Notes: generated from the sequence alone by a model not told the origin. 64,000 nt of DNA from an uncultured Bacteroides sp. (GCA_963666545.1 OY762899.1:3288365-3352364); one strand, 5' to 3'; positions 9,520 through 19,363 are shown, counted from the first letter of the stretch. Numbers and translations: made by a program.

Positions 9520-11960
9520 CAAAGCAAATAGGTGCTAAGCGTTTAGGTAATTTAGATACTAAGATTGATTGGTTACTTACTGATAGCCGGTCGTTGTGTT
9601 TTCCCGAGGAGACTCTCTTTTTTGCTTTGCCTACGAAAAGAAATGATGGATCGAAGTACATTCCTGATCTGTATGCCCGTGGCGTTCGGAATTTTGTTGT
9701 AAGTGCCGAACTTAATGATAATAAGATTTATGATAACTGTAATTTTCTGCTGGTTCCCAATCCGCTTAAAGCATTGCAGAAGTTGGCCGAGCACCATCGG
9801 GAACAGTTTCAGATTCCTGTAATTGGTATCACCGGTAGTAATGGCAAAACGATAGTAAAAGAATGGTTGCATCAGTTGCTCAGCCCTGAACGTAACATTG
9901 TTCGTTCACCCAGAAGCTATAACTCTCAGATTGGAGTGCCTATATCTGTGTGGCAGATGAATGAAGCCTCCGAACTTGGTATCTTTGAGGCCGGTATTTC
10001 TGAGGCAGGAGAGATGCGCTCTTTGCAGAGCATCATTAAGCCTACCATTGGAGTGCTCACTAATATTGGTGGCGCTCATCAAGAGAACTTCTTTTCACTT
10101 CAGGAAAAGTGCATGGAGAAACTGCTTCTTTTTAAAGATAGTGAAGTCATTATCTATAATGGTGACAATGAGTTGATCAGTAATTGCGTTGCCAAATCAA
10201 TGTTTACTGCTCGTGAAATAGCATGGTCGTGCAAAGACATGGAGAGACCTCTATATATTAGTGGTATAAAGAAAGAAAGTGAGTCTACCACCATTTCTTA
10301 TCGTTATCTTGAAATGGACAATACCTTTCGTATACCTTTTATTGATGATGCGTCTATAGAGAATTCACTTAACTGTCTTGCCGTATGTCTTTATCTAATG
10401 CTCTCTCCTGAACAAATCACCGAACGGATGTCGCACTTGGAGCCTATAGCGATGCGTCTGGAAGTGAAAGAAGGAAAGAATAATTGTGTGCTTATCAATG
10501 ATAGTTATAATTCGGACTTAGCGTCGCTGGATATAGCACTCGATTTTCTCTATCGACGTTCTTTGGCGAAAGGATTAAAGCGTACGTTGATTCTTTCAGA
10601 TCTTTTGGAAACAGGTCAAAGCACTACTACACTTTATCGGAAAGTAGCCCAACTTGTACATAGTCGGGGAATAGAAAAGATTATTGGTGTGGGCAACGAA
10701 ATTTCATCTTGTGCTTCTCGCTTTGATATTGAAAAGTATTTCTTCCCAAATACAGAGGCATTACAGGCATCTGATATCTTTAAGCAACTCAGGAATGAGA
10801 TTATTCTCGTTAAAGGATCTCGGAGTTTTGGATTTGATATCGTCTCAGAAAGTTTGGAGTTAAAGGTGCATGAGACCATTCTGGAAATCAATCTGAATGC
10901 GTTGATTAATAATCTGAATTATTACCGAAGCAAGCTGAAACCCGAAACGAAGATGGTTTGCATGGTCAAGGCATTTGCTTACGGAGCCGGTTCATACGAA
11001 ATAGCTAAGACTCTTCAGGAACATCGAGTTGATTATTTGGCTGTGGCTGTGGCTGACGAAGGTTCCGACTTACGCAAAGCAGGTATTACGGGATCTATTA
11101 TCATCATGAATCCTGAAATGACTGCATTCAAAACCTTGTTCGATTATAAACTAGAACCTGAAGTTTACAGCTTTCATCTTCTGGATGCTCTCATTAAAGA
11201 AGCCGAGAAAGAGGGGATCACTAATTTCCCTATTCATATAAAGTTGGATACCGGTATGCATCGCTTGGGATTTGCTATTGAAGAAGTTCCGGCTCTTATC
11301 AAACGCCTGAAAGGACAAAATGCAGTGATACCGCGTTCAGTCTTCTCTCACATGGTGGGAAGTGACAGTGATCGGTTTGATGCCTTTACCTGTCGACAGA
11401 TTGAAATATTTGATAAAGCTTCGACAGAGTTACAAGCTTCGTTTCCTCATAAAATTCTCCGTCATATCTGTAACTCAGCGGGCATCGAACGCTTTCCTGA
11501 AGCACAACTCGATATGGTACGACTTGGCATAGGCCTTTACGGGGTCAGTCCGATAGATAACTCTATTATATATAATGTAAGTACACTAAAGACAACCATT
11601 CTTCAAATTCGTAATGTGTCGGCTGAGGATACGGTGGGCTATAGCAGAAAAGGACACCTGACGCGCGATTCCCGCATTGCTGCCATACCTATAGGTTATG
11701 CCGATGGCTTGAATAGACATTTGGGTAATGGGAAAGGCTATTGCTTAGTGAATGGCAAGAAAGCTTTCTACGTGGGTAACATTTGCATGGATGTATGCAT
11801 GATAGATGTGACAGGCATTGACTGCAAAGAAGGCGATAAGGTGATTATCTTTGGAGATGATTTGCCAATAACCGTACTGTCGGATATGCTCGAGACTATT
11901 CCTTATGAAGTGCTGACTAGTGTTTCTACTCGCGTAAAGAGAATCTATTTTCAAGATTGA
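9495..11960 (+). CDS. murF/alr: bifunctional UDP-N-acetylmuramoyl-tripeptide--D-alanyl-D-alanine ligase / alanine racemase
   Basis: 821 aa. The N-terminal half has the Mur ligase P-loop GITGSNGKT. The C-terminal half has the alanine racemase PLP-lysine motif VKAFAYGAG. Overlaps the upstream gene by 25 nt. Confidence 0.9.
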   Translation: MSYTIKSIAKQIGAKRLGNLDTKIDWLLTDSRSLCFPEETLFFALPTKRNDGSKYIPDLYARGVRNFVVSAELNDNKIYDNCNFLLVPNPLKALQKLAEHHREQFQIPVIGITGSNGKTIVKEWLHQLLSPERNIVRSPRSYNSQIGVPISVWQMNEASELGIFEAGISEAGEMRSLQSIIKPTIGVLTNIGGAHQENFFSLQEKCMEKLLLFKDSEVIIYNGDNELISNCVAKSMFTAREIAWSCKDMERPLYISGIKKESESTTISYRYLEMDNTFRIPFIDDASIENSLNCLAVCLYLMLSPEQITERMSHLEPIAMRLEVKEGKNNCVLINDSYNSDLASLDIALDFLYRRSLAKGLKRTLILSDLLETGQSTTTLYRKVAQLVHSRGIEKIIGVGNEISSCASRFDIEKYFFPNTEALQASDIFKQLRNEIILVKGSRSFGFDIVSESLELKVHETILEINLNALINNLNYYRSKLKPETKMVCMVKAFAYGAGSYEIAKTLQEHRVDYLAVAVADEGSDLRKAGITGSIIIMNPEMTAFKTLFDYKLEPEVYSFHLLDALIKEAEKEGITNFPIHIKLDTGMHRLGFAIEEVPALIKRLKGQNAVIPRSVFSHMVGSDSDRFDAFTCRQIEIFDKASTELQASFPHKILRHICNSAGIERFPEAQLDMVRLGIGLYGVSPIDNSIIYNVSTLKTTILQIRNVSAEDTVGYSRKGHLTRDSRIAAIPIGYADGLNRHLGNGKGYCLVNGKKAFYVGNICMDVCMIDVTGIDCKEGDKVIIFGDDLPITVLSDMLETIPYEVLTSVSTRVKRIYFQD

Positions 11961-12015
11961 TCTGACAAAAAGAGACTAAAAAGAGGAAACCTTTGGCTGC
12001 GTGCTGACTTTTGTT

Positions 12016-12023
12016 TAGTTTTG
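12016..12023 (+). promoter_or_regulatory. -7 box TAGTTTTG for tatA
   Basis: TAnnTTTG match. Its position argues against the 12025 ORF start and for the ATG at 12061. Confidence 0.45.
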
Positions 12024-12060
12024 TATGCACTATTTAATTAATTACCTAATTATCATACTT

Positions 12061-12288
12061 ATGGTTAACCATTTATTATTAGGCTTTCTGCCCAGTGGAT
12101 CAGAGTTTATTATTCTGGCATTGCTTATACTTTTGTTGTTTGGAGGGAAAAAAATTCCTGAACTAATGAAAGGCCTTGGTAAAGGCGTGAAAAGCTTCAA
12201 AGAAGGAGTAAACGAAGCCAAAGACGAAATAAACAAAGCCAAGGATGAGGTTGAAAAACCAGCTGAAACAAACGAGAAGAAAGAGTAA
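12061..12288 (+). CDS. tatA: twin-arginine translocase subunit TatA/E
   Basis: Single TM helix followed by [23 protein letters not shown], the TatA hinge/amphipathic signature. Immediately upstream of tatC. Confidence 0.85.
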   Translation: MVNHLLLGFLPSGSEFIILALLILLLFGGKKIPELMKGLGKGVKSFKEGVNEAKDEINKAKDEVEKPAETNEKKE

Positions 12289-12290
12289 CA

Positions 12291-13079
12291 ATGGCCGAAA
12301 TGACCTTTTGGGATCATTTGGACGAGTTGCGCAAAGTCCTTTTTCGTATTTTCGGAGTTTGGTTTGTGTTGGCTGTGGGTTATTTTATCGCAATGCCCTG
12401 GCTGTTCGACCATGTAATACTTGCGCCTTGTCACAATGATTTTGTGTTCTATTCGCTGTTACGATCCATGGGAGAGTCGTTGCAGTTGACTGATGATTTC
12501 TTCACGAAGGAATTTTCAGTTAAACTTATTAATATCAATCTGGCTGCTCCCTTTTTCATTCACATGTCTACTGCATTTTGGATGTCAGTGGTGACGGCTA
12601 TGCCCTATCTCTTTTTTGAAATATGGAATTTTATTCGTCCGGCATTGTATCCCAACGAACAAAAAGGAGTGAAGAGAGCCTTATGTGTTGGGACGGTCAT
12701 GTTTTTCATTGGAGTACTTGTGGGCTATTTCATGGTTTATCCACTTACGTTACGCTTTCTTTCTACTTACGAACTTAGTGCGGAGATTGAGAATCGTATC
12801 TCTTTAAATTCTTACATCGATAATTTCATGGTTCTGGTACTGTGCATGGGATTAGCTTTCGAACTACCTCTTGTTGCATGGCTGCTATCACTGATGGGTG
12901 TTGTCAATAAGGCTTTTTTGCGTAAGTACCGTAAACATGCTATTGTCATTATTGTGGCTGTTGCAGCCATTATTACCCCTACGGGAGATCCTTTCACATT
13001 GAGTGTTGTTGCTATTCCCCTCTGTCTTTTGTATGAATTGAGCATTTTGCTGATTAAAGAAAAGAAAGTTATAAGTTAG
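12291..13079 (+). CDS. tatC: twin-arginine translocase subunit TatC
   Basis: 262 aa, six hydrophobic segments. N-terminus MTFWDHLDELRKVLFR matches the TatC HLxELRxR motif. Confidence 0.9.
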   Translation: MAEMTFWDHLDELRKVLFRIFGVWFVLAVGYFIAMPWLFDHVILAPCHNDFVFYSLLRSMGESLQLTDDFFTKEFSVKLININLAAPFFIHMSTAFWMSVVTAMPYLFFEIWNFIRPALYPNEQKGVKRALCVGTVMFFIGVLVGYFMVYPLTLRFLSTYELSAEIENRISLNSYIDNFMVLVLCMGLAFELPLVAWLLSLMGVVNKAFLRKYRKHAIVIIVAVAAIITPTGDPFTLSVVAIPLCLLYELSILLIKEKKVIS

Positions 13080-13113
13080 CAATTTAGGACAAGTCGTGTA
13101 TACCGTTTGTCGT

Positions 13114-13121
13114 TACCTTTG
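13114..13121 (+). promoter_or_regulatory. -7 box TACCTTTG for the AraC/GyrI regulator
   Basis: TAnnTTTG match 24 nt upstream of the ATG at 13145. Confidence 0.5.
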
Positions 13122-13144
13122 CAGAGTGAAAATAACCAAAAAGT

Positions 13145-14005
13145 ATGCAACAAAGAACATCGACAAGAGACGAATACCTGAAATGTGTAAATGTGGTAGT
13201 TGAGTATATCAACAACCATCTGGGGGAGGAAATAGATTTAAGCTCTTTGGCAGAAATGTCCAACTTCTCTCCCTTTCATTTTCATCGGATCATGAAGGCT
13301 CTTTTGGGTGAGCCTATCGGCGCATTTATTGTTCGAACGCGAATTGAGGCCGCGGCTCGATTGCTTCGTTATACTGATATGACAATTAGTGATATTGCTT
13401 ATCAGGTAGGATATAATGCCCCTTCATCTTTGTCGAAACTCTTTAAGCAATTTTATGGTATTTCACCTATTGAATATCGTAACAATAAAGAGTATACAAT
13501 TATGAAAAAAGTAGAATTAAATTCTAATCTTGATGTTAGTGTAGAAGTTAAAGAGATTACTTCTAAAAAACTTATTTACATTCGTCTTTCAGGGGATTAT
13601 AAAGGTCTTGATTTTGTTAGTGCCTGGGGAAGGCTCTTTAAATTCGCTCAAGAAGAAAATCTTATTTCCGATAATTGCATAGAGTACCTTTGCGTATATC
13701 ATGATGATCCTAAAGTAACGGAATCGGATAAGCTTCGCACAGATATCTGCCTTGCGCTTTCTAAATCAGCCAAGGCAAAAGGTGAAGTTGGAGTGAAAGA
13801 GATTCCGGGTGGAAAGTATGCTATATTTCGCTATAAAGGGCCTTATTCAAATCTGTCTGCTGTTTATGACACCGTTTATGGCCGCTTGGTTCAGGATAAC
13901 GGATTTAAAGTAGTTAACTCCCCTGTATTTGAGAAGTACGTAAACAATCCGTCTGACACAGCTCCCGAGAACCTGATAACAGAGATTTATATTCCTGTAG
14001 AGTAA
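13145..14005 (+). CDS. AraC-family transcriptional regulator with C-terminal GyrI-like effector-binding domain
   Basis: 286 aa. The N-terminal AraC double HTH (FSPFHFHRIMKA..., ISDIAYQVGYNAPSSLSKLFKQFYGISPIEYR) is followed by ~160 aa resembling the GyrI/Rob-like small-molecule binding fold (FEKYVNNP...EIYIPV ending). Confidence 0.8.
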   Translation: MQQRTSTRDEYLKCVNVVVEYINNHLGEEIDLSSLAEMSNFSPFHFHRIMKALLGEPIGAFIVRTRIEAAARLLRYTDMTISDIAYQVGYNAPSSLSKLFKQFYGISPIEYRNNKEYTIMKKVELNSNLDVSVEVKEITSKKLIYIRLSGDYKGLDFVSAWGRLFKFAQEENLISDNCIEYLCVYHDDPKVTESDKLRTDICLALSKSAKAKGEVGVKEIPGGKYAIFRYKGPYSNLSAVYDTVYGRLVQDNGFKVVNSPVFEKYVNNPSDTAPENLITEIYIPVE

Positions 14006-14037
14006 GAACAGGAAAATATTTTCTTTACTTTTGCCAC

Positions 14038-17000
14038 ATGATTGATGAGGTAAAAGAATACTTTGACATACTTCTTACGCTCTGCAAGGCTGAAGAAACA
14101 CCACTTGCCATACGCTACAAACAAATGCGGGATATGCTGGAACGTGTTTGCCGCAAAGAGATGCAAGATGAAAGTCTGCAAATGACCGACTTGTCTGCCC
14201 GAATTAGTTTTCTGGCAGCACGAGTCGGTCTTGATATAAGTGAACAGAACCGTTTGCATACGTTCCGGCTCACTTCCAACTCCATTTTAAACAAGCAAAC
14301 AATTCCTACACGTGAGAATCTTTTTCGTGATGCGAAGACCTTAGCCTTTTTGCTGAGAAAGATATCCGGGCAGGATATTCCACGGGAGCTTTATGCACTG
14401 CTTCCCAAAGCTGATGCTACTTATTTAGTCTCTCCATTCATCGGCAACAAGAAGGTACAGCGAATGCGTGTTTGTTTTCAATATGCTGATGATACCTATT
14501 TATATATCCTTCCTTCGGATACGATTGCTGAAGAACCTTTGCGCGTGCGTTATCATGTAGCGCAAGTAAACGAGGAATTTGCTGAAACCTGTAAATTGCT
14601 TTGGCAACACGCACAGCTTAATCTGCTGGATGTTTCCATAGATGAAAAGGGTATTCTTACTCCCTCCTTTATCGTTCTTGAACCCGATTATTTGATTGAT
14701 ATCAGTTCACTGGCAGAGTGTTATCGAGATTATGGGCATCATCCGGCCAATTACCTGTTGAGTAAACTGCAACCCATTGATAATGCTCGTCCACTTTTGT
14801 TGGGAAACATAGCCAACCTTTTTCTCGATGAATGGATTCATGCTGATGAGGAAGTGGATTATGGCACTTGCATGAAAAAAGCTTTTCAACGCTATCCTAT
14901 AGAGTTGGCAGCGTGTCGAGACTTGGCGGATAAGGAAAAGGAACGTCAATTCTTCGCAGATTGCAAGATGCATTTTGATCATATCCGCCGGGTGGTTACT
15001 GAAACGTTTCATACCTCCGGATATGAATTGGATAAAACTGATGCTGTATTGGAGCCTTCTTATATCTGCGAGGCATTGGGTTTGCAAGGTAGGCTTGATT
15101 ATATGCAGCGAGACATGCTCTCTTTTATAGAAATGAAATCGGGCAAGGCCGATGAATACTCCATCAGGGGGAAGGTGGAGCCGAAAGAAAACAATAAGGT
15201 TCAGATGTTACTCTATCAGGCTGTGCTGCAATATTCTATGGGAGTAGATCATCGCAAAGTGCGCCCATACCTTCTTTATACTCGCTATCCGTTACTCTAT
15301 CCCGCTCGCTCTTCGTGGGCAATGGTGAGGCGAACGATTGATTTGAGAAATCGTATCGTAGCCAACGAATTTGATGTGCAGTTGCATAATAATGCTGAAT
15401 TTACAGCGAACATGCTTGCTCAGATTAATCCGGAAACTTTAAATGAGAAGAAGCTGAAAGGACGATTTTGGGAACAATATCTCTTTCCGTCTATTGCGCA
15501 ATTCAAAGAAAAATTGAACAGCTTGACGACTTTGGAGCGAAATTACTATTATGTGCTATATAATTTCATCACCAAAGAGCAGTACACGGCCAAGTCAGGT
15601 GATGTGGATTACGAAGGACGGACAGGAGCGGCTTCGCTGTGGCTTTCTTCTTTGACTGAGAAACGGGAAGCAGGGGAGATTCTTTATGATCTGAGAATAA
15701 AGACTAATCGTGCTACTGATGAACATAAAGCTTCTCTTACATTATCCATACCGGATGAAGAGCAAACGACTGAAACCGAAGAAGCTCTACCTAACTTCCG
15801 TCAGGGCGATGCGGTGGTACTTTACGAACGCAATTCGGATACTGACAATGTTACCAATAAGATGGTATTCAAGGGAAACATTGAGAGCATCACGGATATT
15901 GAAATAAAGCTCCGATTGAGGGCAACCCAACAGAATCCGTCAGTGCTTCCTCCCAAAAGCCTTTATGCAATAGAGCATGACGTGATGGATACCGCTTTTC
16001 GAGGCATGTATCTGGGTTTGGCCACTTTTGCCTCTGCTAATAAAGATCGTCGAGATTTGCTTCTTTCTCAGCGGCAGCCGGATTTTGATGGCTCTTACGG
16101 TGAGGCTATAGCTAATGCGGCGGATGATTTTAGTCGCGTGGTGTTGAAAGCGAAGGCAGCCAAAGATTACTTCTTATTGATAGGCCCTCCTGGAACGGGT
16201 AAAACATCGCGTGCATTACGATTGATGGTGGAGGCTTTTCATCAGACTCCTGATGCTCAGATACTTTTATTGGCATATACGAACCGTGCGGTAGATGAAA
16301 TATGCAAGGCTCTTTCATCTATCACTCCTGAAGTTGATTTCATACGTATCGGCAACGAGTTGGCTTGTGAACCCGCTTATCGAAAACATCTTATTGAAAA
16401 TGAGTTGGCAGTATGCAGTCGCCGTTCGGAAGTTGCGCATCGAATGAAAGATTGCCGCATCTTTGTTGGTACGGTGGCTTCTGTAGCCAATAAACCGGAA
16501 CTATTTCAGCTCAAGAGTTTTGATGTCGCTATTGTGGACGAAGCCACACAAATACTTGAACCCCAATTGCTAGGCATCTTGTGTGCGCGAAGAGAAAATG
16601 CGGCCAATGCTATTGGCAAATTTATTCTCATAGGCGACCACAAACAGCTCCCTGCCGTAGTGCAACAAAACTCAACTCAATCTCAGATATACGATGAGGC
16701 ACTGCTTGCCATCGGCTTGACAAACTTGAGAGATTCGCTTTTTGAACGCCTTTATCGTACAGTAAGCGGTCAGATTGTAGCATTCGATTTTGATCGCGGT
16801 GTGAACTCCAATGCTTTTGATCAGCTTTGTCGGCAAGGGCGTATGAATCCTGCGATAGCTCTCTTTCCTAATAACACTTTTTATGGGGGGCTACTGAAGC
16901 CTGTGGGGCTGGCCCACCAGATTGATGAACTGACGGCATCTCCTCATTTGACTCAGGATGCATTGAGTCCGCTAATGACACAACGTATTGCTTATCTCCC

Positions 17001-17484
17001 ATCGATGGCTCAAATAGAAGGTTCCTCCGTTAAGGTGAATCATTCTGAAGCATTGATCTGTGCACAGTTGGCCGTTAAGGTGTTTGAGCAATATGGCAGT
17101 TCTTTTGATCCCGATTATACTTTAGGTATAATCACTCCATACCGTAGTCAGATCGCTTTAATAAAAAAACAAATCTGTCAATTAGATATTCCGGTTTTGA
17201 AGAATATCTTGGTTGACACAGTCGAACGCTTTCAAGGAAGTGAACGTGATGTTATAATTTATTCTTTTTGCGTAAATCGTGCTTATCAGTTACATTTTGT
17301 CTCCAATATCCTTAAAGAAGATGGCATTTTGATAGATCGAAAGTTGAACGTTGCCTTGACGCGTGCAAGGAAACAGATGTTCTTAACGGGCGTCCAGTGC
17401 CTGCTTTGTCAGAATCCTATATACGATAAACTACTGAATTTTATAACTACTAAAGTTGCTTTGACAAAAATAGGCACATATTAG
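14038..17484 (+). CDS. PD-(D/E)XK (RecB/Cas4-type) nuclease fused to Dna2/Upf1-like SF1 helicase
   Basis: 1148 aa. Nuclease core: GRLD(354)YM, IE(365)MK(367)SGK, QMLLYQ. Helicase: Walker A GPPGTGKT (16183-16206), VDEATQ, LIGDHKQLPAV, VERFQGSERD, NVALTRAR. Confidence 0.8.
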   Translation: MIDEVKEYFDILLTLCKAEETPLAIRYKQMRDMLERVCRKEMQDESLQMTDLSARISFLAARVGLDISEQNRLHTFRLTSNSILNKQTIPTRENLFRDAKTLAFLLRKISGQDIPRELYALLPKADATYLVSPFIGNKKVQRMRVCFQYADDTYLYILPSDTIAEEPLRVRYHVAQVNEEFAETCKLLWQHAQLNLLDVSIDEKGILTPSFIVLEPDYLIDISSLAECYRDYGHHPANYLLSKLQPIDNARPLLLGNIANLFLDEWIHADEEVDYGTCMKKAFQRYPIELAACRDLADKEKERQFFADCKMHFDHIRRVVTETFHTSGYELDKTDAVLEPSYICEALGLQGRLDYMQRDMLSFIEMKSGKADEYSIRGKVEPKENNKVQMLLYQAVLQYSMGVDHRKVRPYLLYTRYPLLYPARSSWAMVRRTIDLRNRIVANEFDVQLHNNAEFTANMLAQINPETLNEKKLKGRFWEQYLFPSIAQFKEKLNSLTTLERNYYYVLYNFITKEQYTAKSGDVDYEGRTGAASLWLSSLTEKREAGEILYDLRIKTNRATDEHKASLTLSIPDEEQTTETEEALPNFRQGDAVVLYERNSDTDNVTNKMVFKGNIESITDIEIKLRLRATQQNPSVLPPKSLYAIEHDVMDTAFRGMYLGLATFASANKDRRDLLLSQRQPDFDGSYGEAIANAADDFSRVVLKAKAAKDYFLLIGPPGTGKTSRALRLMVEAFHQTPDAQILLLAYTNRAVDEICKALSSITPEVDFIRIGNELACEPAYRKHLIENELAVCSRRSEVAHRMKDCRIFVGTVASVANKPELFQLKSFDVAIVDEATQILEPQLLGILCARRENAANAIGKFILIGDHKQLPAVVQQNSTQSQIYDEALLAIGLTNLRDSLFERLYRTVSGQIVAFDFDRGVNSNAFDQLCRQGRMNPAIALFPNNTFYGGLLKPVGLAHQIDELTASPHLTQDALSPLMTQRIAYLPSMAQIEGSSVKVNHSEALICAQLAVKVFEQYGSSFDPDYTLGIITPYRSQIALIKKQICQLDIPVLKNILVDTVERFQGSERDVIIYSFCVNRAYQLHFVSNILKEDGILIDRKLNVALTRARKQMFLTGVQCLLCQNPIYDKLLNFITTKVALTKIGTY

Positions 17485-17537
17485 TTTTTATTCTTTCTTT
17501 ATGCAGTTTGTTAACACTTTTGTATGCTCCAAACCCA

Positions 17538-17545
17538 TATCTTTG
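17538..17545 (+). promoter_or_regulatory. orphan -7 box TATCTTTG with upstream TTTG (17519-17522)
   Basis: Exact TAnnTTTG match downstream of the helicase stop, followed ~50 nt later by an intrinsic terminator. No ORF lies between them. Confidence 0.4.
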
Positions 17546-17593
17546 CAATACGTTTTTTTCATAGAGATTTAGATTTAAGGTTAGAAGAATTGT

Positions 17594-17621
17594 GGAAGTC
17601 GTGAGACTTCCCTTTTTTTTT
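17594..17621 (+). terminator. intrinsic terminator (GGAAGTC-GTGA-GACTTCC followed by T9)
   Basis: 7-bp GC-containing stem, GNRA-type loop, run of nine T. Confidence 0.75.
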
Positions 17622-17665
17622 GTCTTATTGTCACTTCTTCTTTATTTGTTTAGAGAAGTGTTATC

Positions 17666-17697
17666 AAAAAAGCCCTTTCGTGAGAAAGGGCTTTTTT
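17666..17697. terminator. bidirectional intrinsic terminator (A5-AGCCCTTTC-GTGA-GAAAGGGCT-T6)
   Basis: 9-bp stem flanked by an A-run and a T-run, lying between convergent genes. Confidence 0.75.
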
Positions 17698-17795
17698 GAT
17701 AACTTCCAGCTCTTAGTTATCTTTCATAAAGCAATTGCAAGGACTTTGGAACATAGCTTTTTATGGGTCATTCTCGTATGTAAAGAAGGAAAAAA

Positions 17796-17838
17796 GAACA
17801 GCCTCTGCAAACTCAATAAAGAGTTGCAGAGGCTGTTC
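17796..17838 (-). terminator. terminator of the MFS transporter gene (15-bp stem GAACAGCCTCTGCAA/TTGCAGAGGCTGTTC)
   Basis: Perfect 15-bp inverted repeat. On the minus strand it is followed by TTTTTT. It sits 23 nt after the stop at 17861. Confidence 0.75.
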
Positions 17839-17860
17839 AGATAAAATCTATTTAATTCTA

Positions 17861-19324
17861 TTAGTCTATAACAATAGGTTGGTATTTAGGAACCAACGTT
17901 TTCATCACAACCCAACCGATAAGATAGGCTACGGCGCAGATAGAGAAGATGATGAAATATCCCGATTCAATACCTTCGAAGCCCATGAATTTCATATTTG
18001 TTGTTTCTGCGTGGTCAAAAAGAAGTCCTGAGCCTTTATTAATAAGGAAAGACCCAACACCACCTGCCATACCACCAATACCTGTTATGGTAGCAATAGC
18101 CGACTTAGGAAACATGTCACCTACAGTAGAAAAGATATTTGCAGACCAAGCCTGATGCGCAGCACCTGCAATACCGATAATGATAGTAGGGAACCAGTAG
18201 CTTAAGTGGCCTAGTGGTTGAGCAGCAAGAGCCAACAATGGGAAGAATGCGAAGATTAACATGGAACGCATGCGACCGGCATACGGATTCATTCCTTTTT
18301 TGTCAACGAAGTAAGAGGGTAGCCATCCACCGATAATTGAAAGCAGGGTTATAGCGTAAAGCACAAAGAGTGCTAGCTGGCTTTCCGGATCAGATGATTT
18401 CATTCCATAAACAGAACTTAGGTATGCCGGAGTCCAGAACAAGAAGAACCACCAAACTCCATCAGTCATGAATTTACCGAAAGCAAATGCCCATGTTTGT
18501 TTGAACTTAAAACATTCGGCAAAAGAGAGTTTGCGTTGAAACTTTATAGGATTTCCATCGTATGATATAGAAGCATCGTCCTTATCTTGTTGGATATAAG
18601 TTAATTCAGCTGAGTTGACTTTAGGATGTACCTCCGGCTTTTTGTAGATAAATACCCAGATACCCATCCAGATGAAGCCCAGCGCACCAATGATAATGAA
18701 AGCCATTTCCCAACCAAAATGTTCGGCAATGAGAGGGATGGTAACAGGCGCAGCCAATGCACCAACTGTAGCTCCGGCATTAAATATGCTTGTAGATAAT
18801 GCTCTGTCTTTTTTGGGGAAATATTCTGCAGTGGCTTTGATGGCGGCAGGGAAGTTTCCCGCTTCACCAAGAGCAAGTACAAAACGAGCAAAAATAAATA
18901 AGGTAACACTCACTGTTACAATGATAGAGGTATCTCCTACAGTTTGGATGGCTTCTTTAGCACCTTCGAAACCTACAAGCCAGTGTCCGGTAGTGATACC
19001 TGAAGTTGCAATTCCACAGAAAGCATGAAGGCATGCACCCAATGACCATATACCGATAGCCCAAAGAAATCCTTTTTTAGTATCCAACCAATCGACAATG
19101 CGGCCTGCAAAAAGCATACTGAAAGCATACATGATAGAGAACAGTGCAGTGATATTTCCGTAATCATCGTTAGTCCAGTGGAATTCAGGGGCGATGAAGT
19201 CTTTCCATGTCAATGACAAGACTTGTCGATCAAGGTAATTAACTGTAGTGGCAAAGAATAACATAGCACAGATGGTCCATCTGTAATTAGTCATTTTCTC
19301 ATTTACTTTCTGAAATGTACTCAT
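17861..19324 (-). CDS. exuT: MFS transporter, hexuronate (ExuT)-like
   Basis: 12-TM MFS with the N-terminal motif NYLDRQVLS typical of the ExuT/anion-cation symporter group. I chose the ATG at 19324 because a -7 box lies at 19364-19371, inside the longer ORF. The pectin gene context fits. Confidence 0.78.
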   Translation of the reverse strand: MSTFQKVNEKMTNYRWTICAMLFFATTVNYLDRQVLSLTWKDFIAPEFHWTNDDYGNITALFSIMYAFSMLFAGRIVDWLDTKKGFLWAIGIWSLGACLHAFCGIATSGITTGHWLVGFEGAKEAIQTVGDTSIIVTVSVTLFIFARFVLALGEAGNFPAAIKATAEYFPKKDRALSTSIFNAGATVGALAAPVTIPLIAEHFGWEMAFIIIGALGFIWMGIWVFIYKKPEVHPKVNSAELTYIQQDKDDASISYDGNPIKFQRKLSFAECFKFKQTWAFAFGKFMTDGVWWFFLFWTPAYLSSVYGMKSSDPESQLALFVLYAITLLSIIGGWLPSYFVDKKGMNPYAGRMRSMLIFAFFPLLALAAQPLGHLSYWFPTIIIGIAGAAHQAWSANIFSTVGDMFPKSAIATITGIGGMAGGVGSFLINKGSGLLFDHAETTNMKFMGFEGIESGYFIIFSICAVAYLIGWVVMKTLVPKYQPIVID

Positions 19325-19363
19325 GATAATCAATTTAGAATTATATAGTTTTATATTTGATGC

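Noticed and set aside
12042-12434. 130-aa minus-strand ORF spanning tatA and the tatC start.
   Set aside because: It is antisense to two well-supported Tat genes. It is a shadow ORF.
13987-14259. 90-aa minus-strand ORF at the regulator/helicase junction.
   Set aside because: It overlaps the helicase N-terminus in antisense. It has no signal, motif or promoter.
17620-18031. Plus-strand ORFs 17620-17844 and 17735-18031.
   Set aside because: They run straight through three terminator hairpins and into the antisense strand of the MFS gene, which is implausible for coding sequence.
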